Source of the DNA: a virus
Virus record (IMG/VR): IMGVR_UViG_3300028581_000028
Span: 1-64,000 of that record
Direction: 5' to 3' (one strand)
Length of the DNA stretch: 64,000 bases
Below the pieces are notes generated by a model. The model ran no database searches. It saw nothing but the letters and a program-made list of their open reading frames with translations, and was not told where the DNA came from. Position numbers and translations under genes: made by a program. Below are positions 1 to 10,087 of the stretch, piece after piece (positions within the stretch are counted from its first letter, which is position 1; every line of letters starts with the position of its first letter).

Positions 1-103
1 ATTTATAACCAGTACCATCGGCATCGTAAAAAATATGCCCTTTATATTTATCGGAGGCTCTTTCTACCGTTACTCCATCTTTAGTTACTGCAGTTTTTTT
101 CAT
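1..103 (-). CDS. Partial ORF running off the window start (MKKTAVTKDG...FYDADG...), putative virion protein
   Basis: Hand-translated; ATG at 103 after an AT-rich leader; carries the FYDADG motif shared by neighbouring proteins. Confidence 0.6.
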   Translation of the reverse strand, partial: MKKTAVTKDGVTVERASDKYKGHIFYDADGTGYK

Positions 104-116
104 TTATTTTAATTTT

Positions 117-437
117 TTATAATCCAAATGCTACTGCTGGTACAACTCCGCAATCAACGAGAGTATATTGTCCCAGCCAATTTTTTTCATAACAGAGTCC
201 GTTTGCGTCTACCCAGTACGCACCATTCCAGTAAAAGCCACCGCCACCAATTACAAATGGTCTTCTTCCTCCACGATGACCACCAAAGTGTCCACCGCCA
301 CCGTGTCCGCCACGACCTCCACCGCCTCTATGTCCGCCTCCGCCTCTTACGTTGGATACAGTATCATCGCCATTAGATAACACTTCATTGGTTGTGTTTG
401 TTATCCGTATTATTGGGTAAGCTGTTATTATTTTCAT
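117..437 (-). CDS. Gly/Arg/His-rich small protein, putative virion core protein
   Basis: RGG/GGH-rich centre after VSNVRG; N-terminus MKIITAYPII nearly identical to that of 7958..8584. Confidence 0.7.
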   Translation of the reverse strand: MKIITAYPIIRITNTTNEVLSNGDDTVSNVRGGGGHRGGGGRGGHGGGGHFGGHRGGRRPFVIGGGGFYWNGAYWVDANGLCYEKNWLGQYTLVDCGVVPAVAFGL

Positions 438-447
438 AATTAATTTA

Positions 448-609
448 TTATTTTGAATGCTTGGTTATATGCGAAAATAGGGCAGTTATACCCAATACGG
501 ATACAATAAGAGCAAGAGTTTGAATACGGTTGTGCCATAACATTTCCGTGCTTTTCTTTTCAAGACTTACGAGTCTTTCTTGTGTACTAATATCGGAATT
601 ATTTTCCAC
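448..609 (-). CDS. 53-aa membrane protein (coiled coil plus one TM helix), not in ORF track
   Basis: Hand translation from GTG: MENNSDISTQERLVSLEKKSTEMLWHNRIQTLALIVSVLGITALFSHITKHSK; fills the gap between neighbouring genes. Confidence 0.55.
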   Translation of the reverse strand: MENNSDISTQERLVSLEKKSTEMLWHNRIQTLALIVSVLGITALFSHITKHSK

Positions 610-1168
610 CTTTTTTCATTTTTTTATAAACTACAAAACCGATGATTCCGAGTACTACTACAACACCGACTGCTATGCCGATTTTTGCTCCAGTACTCAT
701 TCCCTTTTCAGATCCTCCGCTTGGAGTGTCTTTTGCGAGTGCGTTTGCCAAAGCAATATCTCCAGCAACACCTTTCTCACTTGCCTTTGCAGACATCTGC
801 TGGGCTTTTGCCTGATCACGTTTCGAGAGATTTTTCTGCAGTTGACCTTGTGCTTTTAAGCCTCTGGCTTCTGCTTTTGACTTAGCTCTTAAGTCTCTTC
901 TTGCGTTTCGTCTTGCCCTACTTTTTGCATCCAGCCCAAAGAGGTTATAATAATCCTCTTCGTTTCCCTCGCCATCGAGGTGCGAAAACACCCTTTGACC
1001 AATAAAGGCTCTGGTTGTTTTGTCTTTGAAGCCACCCTCTGCACAAAAGAATTCATTTAAGTCTCTGCCATTATAACTCTGTAATCCCTTTGTATATACA
1101 TAGTCAAGACGTGTCCCATCAATGCCTTGAGTAAACTCGTCCTTTAGGTTTGAATTGCTATAATTCAT
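599..1168 (-). CDS. Membrane-anchored virion protein with Arg-rich segment
   Basis: C-terminal KGMSTGAKIGIAVGVVVVLGIIGFVVYKK anchor; acidic N-half followed by RARRNARR. Confidence 0.75.
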   Translation of the reverse strand: MNYSNSNLKDEFTQGIDGTRLDYVYTKGLQSYNGRDLNEFFCAEGGFKDKTTRAFIGQRVFSHLDGEGNEEDYYNLFGLDAKSRARRNARRDLRAKSKAEARGLKAQGQLQKNLSKRDQAKAQQMSAKASEKGVAGDIALANALAKDTPSGGSEKGMSTGAKIGIAVGVVVVLGIIGFVVYKKMKKGGK

Positions 1169-1174
1169 AATCGG

Positions 1175-1792
1175 TTATTTTTTCTTAATTAATGTTTTGT
1201 AAATTATAAATAAAGCAACCATCACCGCTACCGTAATACCGATTGTGATCGCTGGATGTTCTTTGATAGTATCAACTCCTTTTTGTACTCCCTCGTTAAT
1301 AGCTTCCGTTACTTGCGTAAAAGTAGACTTGGCATAATCTGCCTCTTCTTTCCGCCTTCCCCGTAATAGTTCTTGTTGTTTTGGAGGTAATTTTTTGTTA
1401 TCGTTATAAGTACTGGTTACGATTGCGTCTGCCAGTTTATTTACATCCCCAGTTTTTGCAGATTCCCTAATCGCTGGTTTTGTAATACTACCGTAATTAT
1501 ACGCAATAGATAATAGGGCAGTACGAGCTGGTTCTGGAAGCTTGTTATAAGCATCACCTATTTGTCTTTTTACTACTGGCTCGAAATCTTGTTTAATTCT
1601 TCTGGCAATGTCTTTCTCTGCCATTTCTCGTGTTGTAACATCTGTTTTTACAACTTTTCGAAACGTACCATCTGGCAGAGTTATAGTATCGCTACCGTAT
1701 CCGAGTCTGTATGCGTTTACGTCCCAATAAGGCTTACTGCTATAACCCTCGAATTTTTTTATAAAATTTGCTACGTTATCGTAAAATGCCAT
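1175..1792 (-). CDS. Phage-type lysozyme (GH24-like) with C-terminal TM anchor
   Basis: IKKFEG...YWD...LGYG, ALLSIAYNYG and RRKEE motifs; hydrophobic C-terminus plus KKK. Confidence 0.8.
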   Translation of the reverse strand: MAFYDNVANFIKKFEGYSSKPYWDVNAYRLGYGSDTITLPDGTFRKVVKTDVTTREMAEKDIARRIKQDFEPVVKRQIGDAYNKLPEPARTALLSIAYNYGSITKPAIRESAKTGDVNKLADAIVTSTYNDNKKLPPKQQELLRGRRKEEADYAKSTFTQVTEAINEGVQKGVDTIKEHPAITIGITVAVMVALFIIYKTLIKKK

Positions 1793-1801
1793 AATATTTT
1801 T

Positions 1802-2404
1802 TTATTCTATATCATTTATAAACAATGCTATTTTCTCTCCACCTTGTTTTATTAATGAATTTGGAGGACTCCCAGCCCGTAAGCCTTCCTTTGTCCTCGA
1901 TTCAATAGCCACTTGCACAAGTTGATTGGGATCAGTTATTCCTTTTGCAACTGCAGATGAGAAGTCGGAAGCAAATTTTTGAAACCACCCCGATCCGTTC
2001 CACGTTGCATAAATAAAATTAAACAACAACCGCTTGTCGCTGTTTACAATATCTCTCGCATTGGGAGATAAATAACGCTTTGCTAAAGCCTCATATTCTG
2101 GCAACATTATATTGCCAACATAGACCTTTAACTGTTTTGCTAAAGCACCTCCTTTGTAATTCCATTTCCAGAGTGTCTTTGCATTAGCGTCATCGATTGC
2201 CTTCCAAAATAAAACTCCAGATGGGGTTAAGTTGATCCGCCCCCCAGCTTTGCGATCTATTCCGAACATAGTTTCGCCACTATTAGCATAACGCTGGTCT
2301 TTTACACGACCATCTGCTAACATTAAAGGATGATAATAACCGCCCTCAAGTTTATCAATAACTAAAGCGGTTATTCCCTTAAATATGTTTACGTCTACTG
2401 CCAT
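1802..2404 (-). CDS. Glycoside hydrolase family 108-like muramidase
   Basis: EGGY...GETMFGI signature near the N-terminus. Confidence 0.65.
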   Translation of the reverse strand: MAVDVNIFKGITALVIDKLEGGYYHPLMLADGRVKDQRYANSGETMFGIDRKAGGRINLTPSGVLFWKAIDDANAKTLWKWNYKGGALAKQLKVYVGNIMLPEYEALAKRYLSPNARDIVNSDKRLLFNFIYATWNGSGWFQKFASDFSSAVAKGITDPNQLVQVAIESRTKEGLRAGSPPNSLIKQGGEKIALFINDIE

Positions 2405-2484
2405 CGTTAATCTTGCTAACTAATTGATACACTCCGAGAATTACCGCAATGTGATTGCGTAATAAGAAGTACTTAAAGCGGACA

Positions 2485-3195
2485 CTACGGAGCAATGTTG
2501 GTGTAATTCTTACTTTGTAAATAAACGTCTTTCAACGCTTTGCCATAAGAATTAGTCTCATTATTCCAAGTATAGTCCGTTACGATTGCCTTTGCCTTAA
2601 TCCAGCCTTGTTTACTGGTATTTCCAACGAATTTAGCAACTGGTTTAGCCCCATCCATAACGATCTTTCCGATAACGAATTTTTTATCTACTGCTGGGTA
2701 GTTAAAAGCGTTATCTGTAGACTGCTTTGGATAAAGGTTATCGCCATTCTTAAAGTTATTGCTTTTCGCTGGGGTTGTTAGCTTAAGGTATTCAGCACCG
2801 TAAACCGCCCAAGCCTTTTGTGTAGACGTTCCGAAGTTACCGTAACCGCTTCCTTTTAAAAGGAAATTGCCATTAGTTAATGCTGGATTTTTAGCACCAA
2901 CCCATTTTAAACCTTTTTTATCAAGCCAGTCTTGGAACTTCATTACTTCGGAAGGACTCGAAGGCATACCATCACCTTGTGTCACTACTGGTAGGGGTGT
3001 ATTTACGATAACCTCTGGTGTAGTATTCACATTTGTCTGGTTTTGGTCTACCTTCGGCAGTTCCGATGTTAATAAGGCATCGGCTTTTTCTTTTTCCTTT
3101 GCCTTTTTACGTTTCCACAAAAGATAACCGCCTATTGCTCCCAGTACCAAAAAACTTGCGATAACGAGTATCGTCTTTTTTGTGTTTGGTTGCAT
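2485..3195 (-). CDS. N-terminally membrane-anchored protein with peptidoglycan-binding-like domain
   Basis: TM at about aa 8-27 followed by a KRKK stretch; VMKFQDWL...GNFGTSTQKAW resembles PG_binding_1. Confidence 0.6.
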   Translation of the reverse strand: MQPNTKKTILVIASFLVLGAIGGYLLWKRKKAKEKEKADALLTSELPKVDQNQTNVNTTPEVIVNTPLPVVTQGDGMPSSPSEVMKFQDWLDKKGLKWVGAKNPALTNGNFLLKGSGYGNFGTSTQKAWAVYGAEYLKLTTPAKSNNFKNGDNLYPKQSTDNAFNYPAVDKKFVIGKIVMDGAKPVAKFVGNTSKQGWIKAKAIVTDYTWNNETNSYGKALKDVYLQSKNYTNIAP

Positions 3196-3200
3196 AGTTC

Positions 3201-3428
3201 TTATTTCTTAGTAACGGTTTCTTTGGTTGGTTGGCTTTTTTTAGCTTTGATACTTGCAGAAATGATTGCACCAGCAACTGCTCCAACAAGAGTACCAACA
3301 ACTAATTTCCAAGTTTTGTCAGCTTTGATAACTTTTTTAGTTACAAGGAATCCAGCAACTGCTCCAATTCCAGTACCAATAAGGTTGTGTTGACCTTTTG
3401 CGATGATTTCTCTTACTTTGTTTGCCAT
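3201..3428 (-). CDS. Small two-TM glycine-zipper membrane protein
   Basis: GTGIGAVAG and GTLVGAVAGA helices with a basic tail. Confidence 0.7.
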   Translation of the reverse strand: MANKVREIIAKGQHNLIGTGIGAVAGFLVTKKVIKADKTWKLVVGTLVGAVAGAIISASIKAKKSQPTKETVTKK

Positions 3429-3472
3429 TTTCGTTTGATTTTAATTAAACACTATTTATTTATTACAGAATT

Positions 3473-3979
3473 TTAAAATTTATAAGGTATTTTCCTTGCG
3501 GTCAATATTTGATTTATTTTTTGCACATACACTGCATCCATATCATCAACAATTGCGGATGACATAGTACCCTTAAAATCTGGAGCTGGATTCCCTTTGC
3601 CAGAAGCTACTGTACGGACACCATAACTTTGCATAACTCCCAAGAGATCAAGATAAGTTGGGATAGACATAAACGCTTGTAAGATTGCTAAGTTATCCGT
3701 TCCCCAGCCATCCATTGCAGTATGAATTTTATTCGCCAACCCCAGCCATTGAGCTTTTGTTAATTTGGGCTTCTCGCCTTTTGACATTAACTGTACCAAC
3801 TCGTTATTAATTTGTTGGTCTTGTTGTCTTTCGCCTTGTTCTTTAACTAAATCGGTACTCTTTTTATAAATTTTATATGCGACTATTAGTACAGCACCAA
3901 CAACTACAACACCAATTAAACCCTTCGCCCAAGTTGGCATCCCAGTAAAACTCTCCTTTGCGAAATTTTGCTTTGCCAT
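3473..3979 (-). CDS. Membrane-anchored protein with annexin-like repeat
   Basis: N-terminal TM; ANKIHTAMDGWGTDNLAILQAF matches the annexin endonexin motif A-M-x-G-x-G-T-D. Confidence 0.6.
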   Translation of the reverse strand: MAKQNFAKESFTGMPTWAKGLIGVVVVGAVLIVAYKIYKKSTDLVKEQGERQQDQQINNELVQLMSKGEKPKLTKAQWLGLANKIHTAMDGWGTDNLAILQAFMSIPTYLDLLGVMQSYGVRTVASGKGNPAPDFKGTMSSAIVDDMDAVYVQKINQILTARKIPYKF

Positions 3980-3991
3980 ATTTTTATTTTT

Positions 3992-5938
3992 TTATTGCCA
4001 TACGTTTTTATCTGTAGCCTCGTTATTTACCCCAGTAGCACCCTTCCAAATAGTCATATTATCAGAAGTGTTCAAGTAAGCGGTTAATAGGGTTGAACCC
4101 ACATTAGCAACCGAGTGATTGGCGATAATATCACCAGCCAATGCCACTGCTACGGGAGTAAATACAAACTGAAGCGTATTTCCGACTACTGTATTATCTG
4201 GCATAAATATGTGGGGAATTACTCCACCCAATCCTACGATATTGTTTATGTTTTTACCCGTTGAATTAAGGCATTTAAACTCCCCAATAAAAGATGTATC
4301 GGCTGGGAGTGTTAAAACACCCAAAGCATAAATTAAAGGATCGTTTAAATCTAAAGTATATTGCCAGTTGCTATAACTATGCCTTACGCATCTTTTTGTA
4401 TATACTACCGATACGATTTTAATATATACAAAAAAGTCTGATATATCACAATTCTCAACCTCTCCAGTTAGCGTTATACTATCCGACTCAAAGATAGCTT
4501 TGTGTTTTAATCGGTTCATTATAAAATTTCCGTTAACCGATACGTTTATCTGTACCTTAGACTGCCCGATTAAATTATTATAAGTAACATCTCCGCCACC
4601 AGCAATAGAACCTACCGTTAAAATAGAAGACTCTACAATCGTATTGTTTTCTACAAATCTTCCGTTTGAGGTTGTTGTATTTATTAAAAGTGAACTTCCA
4701 TTCCCAGCCACGTAATTGAATCTTACGCTACCCCTTGTATCGTTTAATCGTATTGCACCACCAGAATTTATTAAATTAAACGATACAATTCCAGCTCCTA
4801 TCGCCCCACCGCTATATGTATCGTCTTCAAGTAGTCCATCGTGTATAATATTAGAATCAAAATTCACGACACTATTTCTGCAATTCATAATACAACTACC
4901 AACCAGCTTATTTTTTGTAACAACATCTCTACCCCATTGAAAAAATAAAAGGGAGTTGAGTAATCCACGAATAAATAAGTCGACCTCATTCAACCGTTTA
5001 TCTGCCCGATAAATTATTGTATTGGTAAATACGTTGTATTTAACGAAATCTGTTTCGAGAATATATCCAGTAGTATCGCTTTTTGCCAATACAGACCAGT
5101 TTACTAAGTCGGTATGTGGGGCTGTTCCCCAAGCACCAGTTAAATTAACGTAATGGAGGTTATTCCAGATAACCACATTTCCGATTACTACAGGCTGAAC
5201 ATTAGCCGACCATAAGCCCAGTTGACCAGCAAAGCCAACAACTCCCGTATAAACTCCTACTCCTTGAAAATCGGGGTTCAAAAACAATCCAGCACCTTGT
5301 ATAGATACGGAGTTGTTTGTTACACCTTGAATAACGACACCCAAGTCTGCAAATGAGTTATCGGTTATTTTATAAAATTGTCCTTTAACTACAGTAAAGC
5401 CAGATATCAATGCCAACATTTGTGCATTTGTTAGCGTTACAATAGAAGCACCATCAATAGTTATTACGGTTGCATTATTTATCGCATCATCCGAAGCAAC
5501 AACTCCAGCACCAACAAAATTTAATCTTAACCGTTGCGGTAATGCCAAGCCCTCGTCTTGTATAACGTGTCCAGCTACACCGCCACCGCCACCAGCAGTT
5601 ACACTATACTGCCCAATATAATTAGTATCGCTTGTAACACGCACCACAAAACTTGATGCGTTTGCGGTCATTACATAACTCGATACCCCGTTAATTAAAA
5701 AGCCAAGAGGGGCATCAATAGTGATGTTGTTTATAGAAGCATTATTGCTTTTGTCTACAATATATAATTTCCATTGGGTACTCCATTTTCCTTGAGGTAT
5801 TCCAAGCAATTGAATACCAACCGCACCAGCAGAAGTATCACATAAAAGAACACTATCGTCTTGGCGAACAAGGTTAACCAGCCCGATAATCGTTCTTATG
5901 TTATTCCCGTATTTTTGTTCAAATAAGTTGGTAGCCAT
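3992..5938 (-). CDS. Spike / receptor-binding-like protein with probable beta-helix
   Basis: 648 aa, rich in N/V/G/I; periodic Asn-ladder repeats in the C-half; fibre-type LNFVGAGV motif. Confidence 0.55.
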   Translation of the reverse strand: MATNLFEQKYGNNIRTIIGLVNLVRQDDSVLLCDTSAGAVGIQLLGIPQGKWSTQWKLYIVDKSNNASINNITIDAPLGFLINGVSSYVMTANASSFVVRVTSDTNYIGQYSVTAGGGGGVAGHVIQDEGLALPQRLRLNFVGAGVVASDDAINNATVITIDGASIVTLTNAQMLALISGFTVVKGQFYKITDNSFADLGVVIQGVTNNSVSIQGAGLFLNPDFQGVGVYTGVVGFAGQLGLWSANVQPVVIGNVVIWNNLHYVNLTGAWGTAPHTDLVNWSVLAKSDTTGYILETDFVKYNVFTNTIIYRADKRLNEVDLFIRGLLNSLLFFQWGRDVVTKNKLVGSCIMNCRNSVVNFDSNIIHDGLLEDDTYSGGAIGAGIVSFNLINSGGAIRLNDTRGSVRFNYVAGNGSSLLINTTTSNGRFVENNTIVESSILTVGSIAGGGDVTYNNLIGQSKVQINVSVNGNFIMNRLKHKAIFESDSITLTGEVENCDISDFFVYIKIVSVVYTKRCVRHSYSNWQYTLDLNDPLIYALGVLTLPADTSFIGEFKCLNSTGKNINNIVGLGGVIPHIFMPDNTVVGNTLQFVFTPVAVALAGDIIANHSVANVGSTLLTAYLNTSDNMTIWKGATGVNNEATDKNVWQ

Positions 5939-5940
5939 TC

Positions 5941-7146
5941 TTATAATAATTTTTTGCTTGTCCTTGCTTCGTTAAAAAACAACTTTCTTAAATCTCTCTG
6001 CTCGTAGAAAAACGCAAATGTCACCGTATTCCCAGCGAGTACCTTATATTCGAGTACATCCATCCCATTAGGAATAAATGGTCGGTTTAGGTTACAGTCG
6101 ATATTAAAAAATACAATATCGTTTGCAACCTGCATATTATCCACTTGTAATTGCAACTGGATTGGATCGATTTTTTGTTTACCCTCAGAGTTTTTATTTT
6201 TAAAAATCAAGGGTTGGTTTATTTGTTGTTGAAGCGTTGCTCCAGCAAAAGTAAACTTAGCATTCGGGATGTGCATTGGGTTACCGAGTATGTTAAACAT
6301 AACATCAGAATAACTCACCAACCCCCCAGCTACTTGTATTTTGTTGTTTAAATTTCCAGATGTAGAGTATAAATAATCAAGAGGCATAGATGGGTTAAAT
6401 AACTCAACTACAAAGTCTAATGCCGAGTTGTTATTCATTGTAAAGATTAACTCTTTTAGCTTTTTACCTTTGTAGTACCCAACATTTTTTACGTTCAAAG
6501 AACATTTATCGCCCTTTAATATCATATCGTCCAGTCCTTGAACGATCACGGTTTGATCTCTTGGTACAAGAACCCTCTGAAGAGTTTTTGAGTTTTTGCC
6601 CTTGCCAACTAATTTTGCACGTCCCCCAACCAATCGTCCACTATCATCCACCATCCCAACTCCAACCTTTTTTGTCAAAGGCTTTCTTGTTTTTGGGCGA
6701 ACTTGCATTGGTCTGCTTAAGGCTGGGTTTTTTTTGCGAAGTATCGGCTGGTTACCAACGGGTACTCCTCTGCGGACTGTTTTTATGGCTACATTGCCAG
6801 TTTTCCTTCGAACCTTGCCCTTCTTTGCAGTCCGATTAACACGTCTTAGCGAAGTTTTAAAGTCGCCTTTAAACTGGCTAAAATCGATATCTAAAATATA
6901 ATCATCAGGGTTTTCGTCCTCGCTACCATCGTAAACCTCTTCGTTATCATCATCGGCTACTTGTTGGTCGCCCCCTGCATCGTAATATTCTTCATCGCCC
7001 TCTGCCTCAAAATACCTTTCTCCGCCTTGTTCTATGACAAAAGCATCATCCCCACTCTCTACTTCGCTTTGAGAGGCGATGCCATCATTAAGAAAATCAT
7101 CAAAAATGTCTTCTTGGTAAGGGTTATATGTATTTGTATCTGCCAT
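5941..7146 (-). CDS. Capsid-like protein 2 (acidic and basic N-terminal extension plus beta-rich domain paralogous to 13304..14056)
   Basis: C-terminal ~160 aa align by eye with 13304..14056. Confidence 0.55.
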   Translation of the reverse strand: MADTNTYNPYQEDIFDDFLNDGIASQSEVESGDDAFVIEQGGERYFEAEGDEEYYDAGGDQQVADDDNEEVYDGSEDENPDDYILDIDFSQFKGDFKTSLRRVNRTAKKGKVRRKTGNVAIKTVRRGVPVGNQPILRKKNPALSRPMQVRPKTRKPLTKKVGVGMVDDSGRLVGGRAKLVGKGKNSKTLQRVLVPRDQTVIVQGLDDMILKGDKCSLNVKNVGYYKGKKLKELIFTMNNNSALDFVVELFNPSMPLDYLYSTSGNLNNKIQVAGGLVSYSDVMFNILGNPMHIPNAKFTFAGATLQQQINQPLIFKNKNSEGKQKIDPIQLQLQVDNMQVANDIVFFNIDCNLNRPFIPNGMDVLEYKVLAGNTVTFAFFYEQRDLRKLFFNEARTSKKLL

Positions 7147-7149
7147 ATT

Positions 7150-7935
7150 TTACATTAATTGAGCATATTCTTGATTTTCAAACCGTTTAATGTAGTCATT
7201 AATTTTTCGCATCCTTGCTATATTTTCGTCTGTTTGTGCCTTTAAAAACACATTTGCAAAAACACATATAGCATCTATTTTTGAAAAACCGCTTCCTAAA
7301 TATAGATATAAAGCATTAATGTCTGCACCCGTCTCGTGTCCTATTTGTAAGCCGATCTTCGGGTTTTTCCATTTGTGACAATACTCGTGAAGTACGATGA
7401 TAAACCTCATCGGGATTGTGTAGGGTACAAAACGATAAGCACTCGCTTCGATAAGACCAGTAGAATGCCCAATTCTTGCTGGGGTGCTTAACGGAGCTTT
7501 AGACATAAAGTCTCTTATGACGGGGAAGTATTTTATATTAAATCTCGCATCGGGACTCTGGTAAATAGTGCCATTTTGTTTTGGCTTTTCAAATCCACAT
7601 TTTTGCGAAAAGCTAATATCTAACTGCATAAACTCTTTTGTACCCTCGTCCAGCCAGATATTAAATTTCCTTAATGGTACTTCTTCGACTTTCATTTCGA
7701 AGCTTTCATCTCTCGTATCAACCGCATTAAAACAACCGATAAGTATTCTTTTTGGAGTGACTGGGAGTGAAAAATAAATCATCCTCGATCCATCAACAAC
7801 TATCTCCCTATCCGCATATTTACTATTATTACGAGCAACCTCTTGTACCCAGACACGAAACTTTTTCTTGCCACTACAGTTAATAGTGACATTCAACCTC
7901 ATCTCTCTGTTATTGCTTTCGTGTATTGCAAACAT
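7150..7935 (-). CDS. Zincin-like metalloprotease, candidate virion maturation protease
   Basis: IVLHEYCH (HExxH) followed by ETGAD (ExxAD third-ligand motif). Confidence 0.7.
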   Translation of the reverse strand: MFAIHESNNREMRLNVTINCSGKKKFRVWVQEVARNNSKYADREIVVDGSRMIYFSLPVTPKRILIGCFNAVDTRDESFEMKVEEVPLRKFNIWLDEGTKEFMQLDISFSQKCGFEKPKQNGTIYQSPDARFNIKYFPVIRDFMSKAPLSTPARIGHSTGLIEASAYRFVPYTIPMRFIIVLHEYCHKWKNPKIGLQIGHETGADINALYLYLGSGFSKIDAICVFANVFLKAQTDENIARMRKINDYIKRFENQEYAQLM

Positions 7936-7957
7936 TACTGTTTATTTTTTTTTGTTA

Positions 7958-8584
7958 TTATTTTGCTACTGCTGGGGCTGGTGTGCTTGGCTTTTTAGTT
8001 GCAAAGTAGATAATTGCACCTACTACTACAACGATCCCAACTCCTATTGCGATTTTAACTCCAGTACTCATTCCTTTTTTAGCAGTTGGATCTTCTGCTG
8101 GGGCATTTGTTGATACAAGGTCTGCCTCAGATGATTGTCCTCCACCACCGCCTCCGCCCATATTTAAGCCGAGTAATTCGCCCAGTTTATCAATTAAACC
8201 AGATTCCTTTGCTTTACCCCATACACCTTTGGCTTTATCCCAGTAATATCCTTTAGCTTTTTTCTCCTTAATTTCTTTTTCAGAAGGGGTGCTGGAACTT
8301 GTTCCGCTTTCAAATGCTGGTTTACCAGTTATATTGCCACCAGAGGAGGCTACTCCGCCAAGAGCAGTCCAAAATTTCTCAAAGTCTGCTCCGTAAGTTT
8401 TATAAGCCTTTTTAGATTTTGCTCCGTATTTACCATCGACCTTAAGGTTTGCACCTTTAGAGTTTGCAAAAATATGAAATTGTTTTACTTGTGCAGAATT
8501 CTCGCCATCAATATTTAAGTAGAAATCTTGGTAGTTCTCTCTTTTCTTATTGATAATAACTGGATATGCGGTTGTTATTTTCAT
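7958..8584 (-). CDS. Membrane-anchored protein with peptidoglycan-binding-like domain
   Basis: LKVDGKYGAKSKKA motif; KKGMSTGVKIAIG TM anchor. Confidence 0.7.
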   Translation of the reverse strand: MKITTAYPVIINKKRENYQDFYLNIDGENSAQVKQFHIFANSKGANLKVDGKYGAKSKKAYKTYGADFEKFWTALGGVASSGGNITGKPAFESGTSSSTPSEKEIKEKKAKGYYWDKAKGVWGKAKESGLIDKLGELLGLNMGGGGGGGQSSEADLVSTNAPAEDPTAKKGMSTGVKIAIGVGIVVVVGAIIYFATKKPSTPAPAVAK

Positions 8585-8612
8585 TGTATTTTTGTTTTTT
8601 TAGATTTCATTT

Positions 8613-9485
8613 TTATAAACCACCAACTGAATATTTAAAGCCAGTTTTATTTATATTTCCGCCCATTTTAAACTGTACCTCATCTCTTGAGTTTTCGACC
8701 ACCTCGCCAGTATTTACATAATTAAAATCAACATCGGCTTTTTTCCCAATTTTAGCAATGCCTCGTTTTTTTGCTACTGCAAGGTTTGGTGCGTAAACGT
8801 AAGTATATAGCTGGTCTGGTTTGTTTTTTCCAAAGACATTAAAAATCGTTTGTCCTACATAAGATTTGGGTACAAGACTTTGAGTTGTTTTATCTATAAT
8901 AAGCTCCTCGCCCTTTAATATTTCCAGTACAGCGTTTATGTCGTTGCGATCAACTCTGTTTTCGTGAATAAACTTCATTATACTGTATGCCTTCCGAAAT
9001 TTATCAGCCTTGTGATATGCCTCAACCTCAACTGTAAACCTTGTAAAAGAATAACTATTATCAACTCCAGTATAATATTGAATTTCGCCAAGTTGTTCGA
9101 AATAATTAGCATTCGGTCTCTCCTCTAAAAAGAACCGTATGGTTGCGTAAGGGTTATTGCTTCCAGATGGGCTAAATAGTAAATAAAAGAGTTTTTTACC
9201 GCCTAAAACACCGCCTCTGACATATTTATCGTAATGTCCCTCAACGTAAGTGTCAATAGTCCAGCCCTTCTCCTCAAATTTATTAATTAAAGCAGTTTCC
9301 ATATCGGTATCGTTCTCGAAAGATGTTTCTAACTGGCTTAACGATAACTCGGTGTAAGCATTCCACAAGTCTTTAATATTAGCACTCTTATCGTCAAAAA
9401 CAAACCCAAACATATCGACCATTTTGCTAACAATTGCAAAAAACTCGTTATCGGTCAATGTTAATATTTTGGTTTTTACTCCCAT
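8613..9485 (-). CDS. Hypothetical protein with C-terminal FKMGG...YSVGGL tail
   Basis: 290-aa ORF in operon context. Confidence 0.7.
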   Translation of the reverse strand: MGVKTKILTLTDNEFFAIVSKMVDMFGFVFDDKSANIKDLWNAYTELSLSQLETSFENDTDMETALINKFEEKGWTIDTYVEGHYDKYVRGGVLGGKKLFYLLFSPSGSNNPYATIRFFLEERPNANYFEQLGEIQYYTGVDNSYSFTRFTVEVEAYHKADKFRKAYSIMKFIHENRVDRNDINAVLEILKGEELIIDKTTQSLVPKSYVGQTIFNVFGKNKPDQLYTYVYAPNLAVAKKRGIAKIGKKADVDFNYVNTGEVVENSRDEVQFKMGGNINKTGFKYSVGGL

Positions 9486-9486
9486 T

Positions 9487-9978
9487 TTATTTTTTACTAA
9501 ATCTGAATACTAAATAAGCACCCAGTAAAGCCCCAGCAACTGCTCCAATGATTTTATTTTTTTGGGTAGGCAATGCGATCCAACCTTTCTTTTCGGCAAA
9601 GTACACGCCAGCGAAGCCAACTATTCCGCCAACGATAACTGCGTCCAAGTATTTTACATTGTCTTTGGATGTTTTAGACGATTTTGTTTTGTCTACAGTA
9701 ACCTTAACTTTACTCTCAGACTGACTATCACCCTCCGCATTGCTGATACCAGTACCAGCGTTAATGTCCTTTGTAATGATTTGTTTTACGCAAGATAAAG
9801 GCACTACAACCACCCCTTTGTATAACACAAAGGCTGGTTTACCTTTTGAATCTTTAAGCTCACCGCTAATAATTTCTCCTTTTTTAAAGACCTTTGCTTT
9901 AATTTGCGTTGGTCTATGAGGCATCCCAGTAGATACAACATAGGGAGATTTAAAGTCTTTTGTTGCTACAAAGTCCAT
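9487..9978 (-). CDS. Membrane protein with two C-terminal TM helices
   Basis: Two glycine-rich hydrophobic helices; ISNAEG motif. Confidence 0.7.
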   Translation of the reverse strand: MDFVATKDFKSPYVVSTGMPHRPTQIKAKVFKKGEIISGELKDSKGKPAFVLYKGVVVVPLSCVKQIITKDINAGTGISNAEGDSQSESKVKVTVDKTKSSKTSKDNVKYLDAVIVGGIVGFAGVYFAEKKGWIALPTQKNKIIGAVAGALLGAYLVFRFSKK

Positions 9979-10085
9979 TATTTCTTAATTTTTACTTTTT
10001 TTATTTCTTTTTTCGACTTCTTGTATTGGCTATAAACCAATATTCCGATGCCGATAATCACAAGTACTCCAAGAACCTTTTTCAT
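9978..10085 (-). CDS. 35-aa TM plus poly-Lys micro-protein, not in ORF track
   Basis: Hand translation MKKVLGVLVIIGIGILVYSQYKKSKKEIKKVKIKK; stop overlaps the next start (TAATG). Confidence 0.7.
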   Translation of the reverse strand: MKKVLGVLVIIGIGILVYSQYKKSKKEIKKVKIKK

Positions 10086-10087
10086 AG

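Noticed and set aside
3992-5938. Evidence for a tailed phage (tail fibre)
   Set aside because: Fibre and beta-helix domains also serve as vertex spikes in tailless viruses; no other tail components seen
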